DNA of 64,000 nucleotides, from assembly GCF_032191835.1 (NCBI RefSeq), contig NC_083240.1, positions 25,358,001 to 25,422,000 of the forward strand. Reading direction: 5' to 3'. Position 1 is the first letter of the stretch; each line of letters opens with the position of its first letter. The notes below the pieces were generated by a model. That model made no database searches and had not been told where the DNA came from. It saw only the letters and a list, made by a program, of their open reading frames with translations. The DNA is from Heteronotia binoei (Eukaryota). Below are positions 62,955 to 64,000 of this stretch, piece after piece. A program made the position numbers and the translations under genes.

Positions 62955-63971
62955 AATGGAAATATGTTAATAGTGACAGCAAAAGCAAATATTTTAATTG
63001 CTATCACTCAGCTATCTCAGGTGATTTAAAAAAAAAATTTTTGCCAGTTTTTATCCCATATCAGGGTACTCTGTGAGGAACAGAATTTTCAGCAAATGAT
63101 GAAAATTTGAATGCAATGCTTTGAAAAATGGTCTGCTGTGATCGCTGCAACTCTGATTTCTTGTATGAGTTGGGGGGAGTTTGCTCCATGAGGACAATTT
63201 ATTTGTCAGAAATCATCCATTACCATACACATCCCACATAAAACCCTTTTCTGTAAACTGTTCTTGAGCTCTCAGAAGTGGGATATAAATCCTCCCAACA
63301 TCTACTCTGGTTGTACTCAGAGTGGGGGAGAAATTGTTCAAAGATTCTTTCCAGCATTCTCTATCATGAAGTGAGAACTTGAAGCAATCACCTTGGCATA
63401 TTTTGGGTACCAGGAAGAGTGGCAACGTGTATTGGTTGGGCTGCAGCAGGAGTGGGGAACCTCCGTCCCAAGGTCACTTGGTGTGGCCCTCGGGGATTGC
63501 TGGACCGAATCGAGCCATGTGGCAGCCTCTCTGGGGCCCGGCTGACCAGCAAGGATCGTGGGGCCCAGATGCACTGTGCAACAGTCTCCCCAGGGCTAGG
63601 CAGGGATCACAGATGTACTGTGCAGCAGCCTCCCTAGGGCTTGGCTGGCTGGCCAGAATTACTGCAGGGCCTGGAAAAGTTACTGCACCAGTTCAGTTTG
63701 CACTTGATTGTCCCAGGTGGTGTGGCCTAATATGCTAATGAGTGTGTGACCTAATATGATAATATTAGGGGATGTGGTCTAATATGCTACTGAGTTCCTG
63801 CTGGGCTTTTTCTACAAAAAGCCCCGGACCTAGACATTTGCCTAGGTCGGTGGGCCGGGTGTGTGTGCATGCCAGATTAGATTCTCCCCACATGACTTCA
63901 AATAGAAAAACAATTATTTGCATTAATTTTGCTAGCCTGAATCATTCTCCCTCGGGGGAGCACTGTTTTTG

Positions 63972-64000
63972 GAGAGCCAGTTTAGTGTAGCGGTTAAGTG
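63972..64000 (+). mobile_element. Start of a family-B SINE cut by the window edge
   Basis: gagagccagtttagtgtagcggttaagtg. Confidence 0.7.

Noticed and set aside
63213-63425. Possible exon of a next gene (e.g. NIPSNAP2)
   Set aside because: No frame matches NIPSNAP2 or any protein I recognise, and there are no convincing splice boundaries.

Overview
Eukaryotic (squamate reptile, probably a gecko, judged from the SINE content) genomic DNA containing four intron-containing genes in two divergent pairs. TYW1 (minus strand) is present as its 5' part, 7 coding exons, and continues off the left edge. It is head-to-head with a complete SBDS (plus strand, 5 exons, 250 aa). SBDS is tail-to-tail with a complete, intact merlin/NF2-like paralogue (minus strand, 16 core coding exons, 578 aa, plus a candidate extra 61-codon exon). 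That gene is head-to-head with a complete MRPS17 (plus strand, 139 aa). All exons were placed by hand from translation, GT/AG signals and phase continuity. Introns and intergenic DNA are dense in mobile elements: Sauria SINEs, two other tRNA-derived SINE families, 5S-derived SINEs, L2, CR1, BovB, L1 and RTE-X-like fragments, Penelope-like inverted repeats, a partial LTR, and many non-autonomous hAT elements with 8-bp TSDs. There is one assembly gap (43570-43723). The most interesting object is the NF2-like gene. It is a second merlin that, to my knowledge, mammals lack. It keeps the S518-equivalent site and the Blue box but has a different C-terminal architecture and altered FERM residues, and it sits where a mammalian rearrangement breakpoint would be predicted. 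Family names and human/mouse comparisons are from memory, not from database searches.
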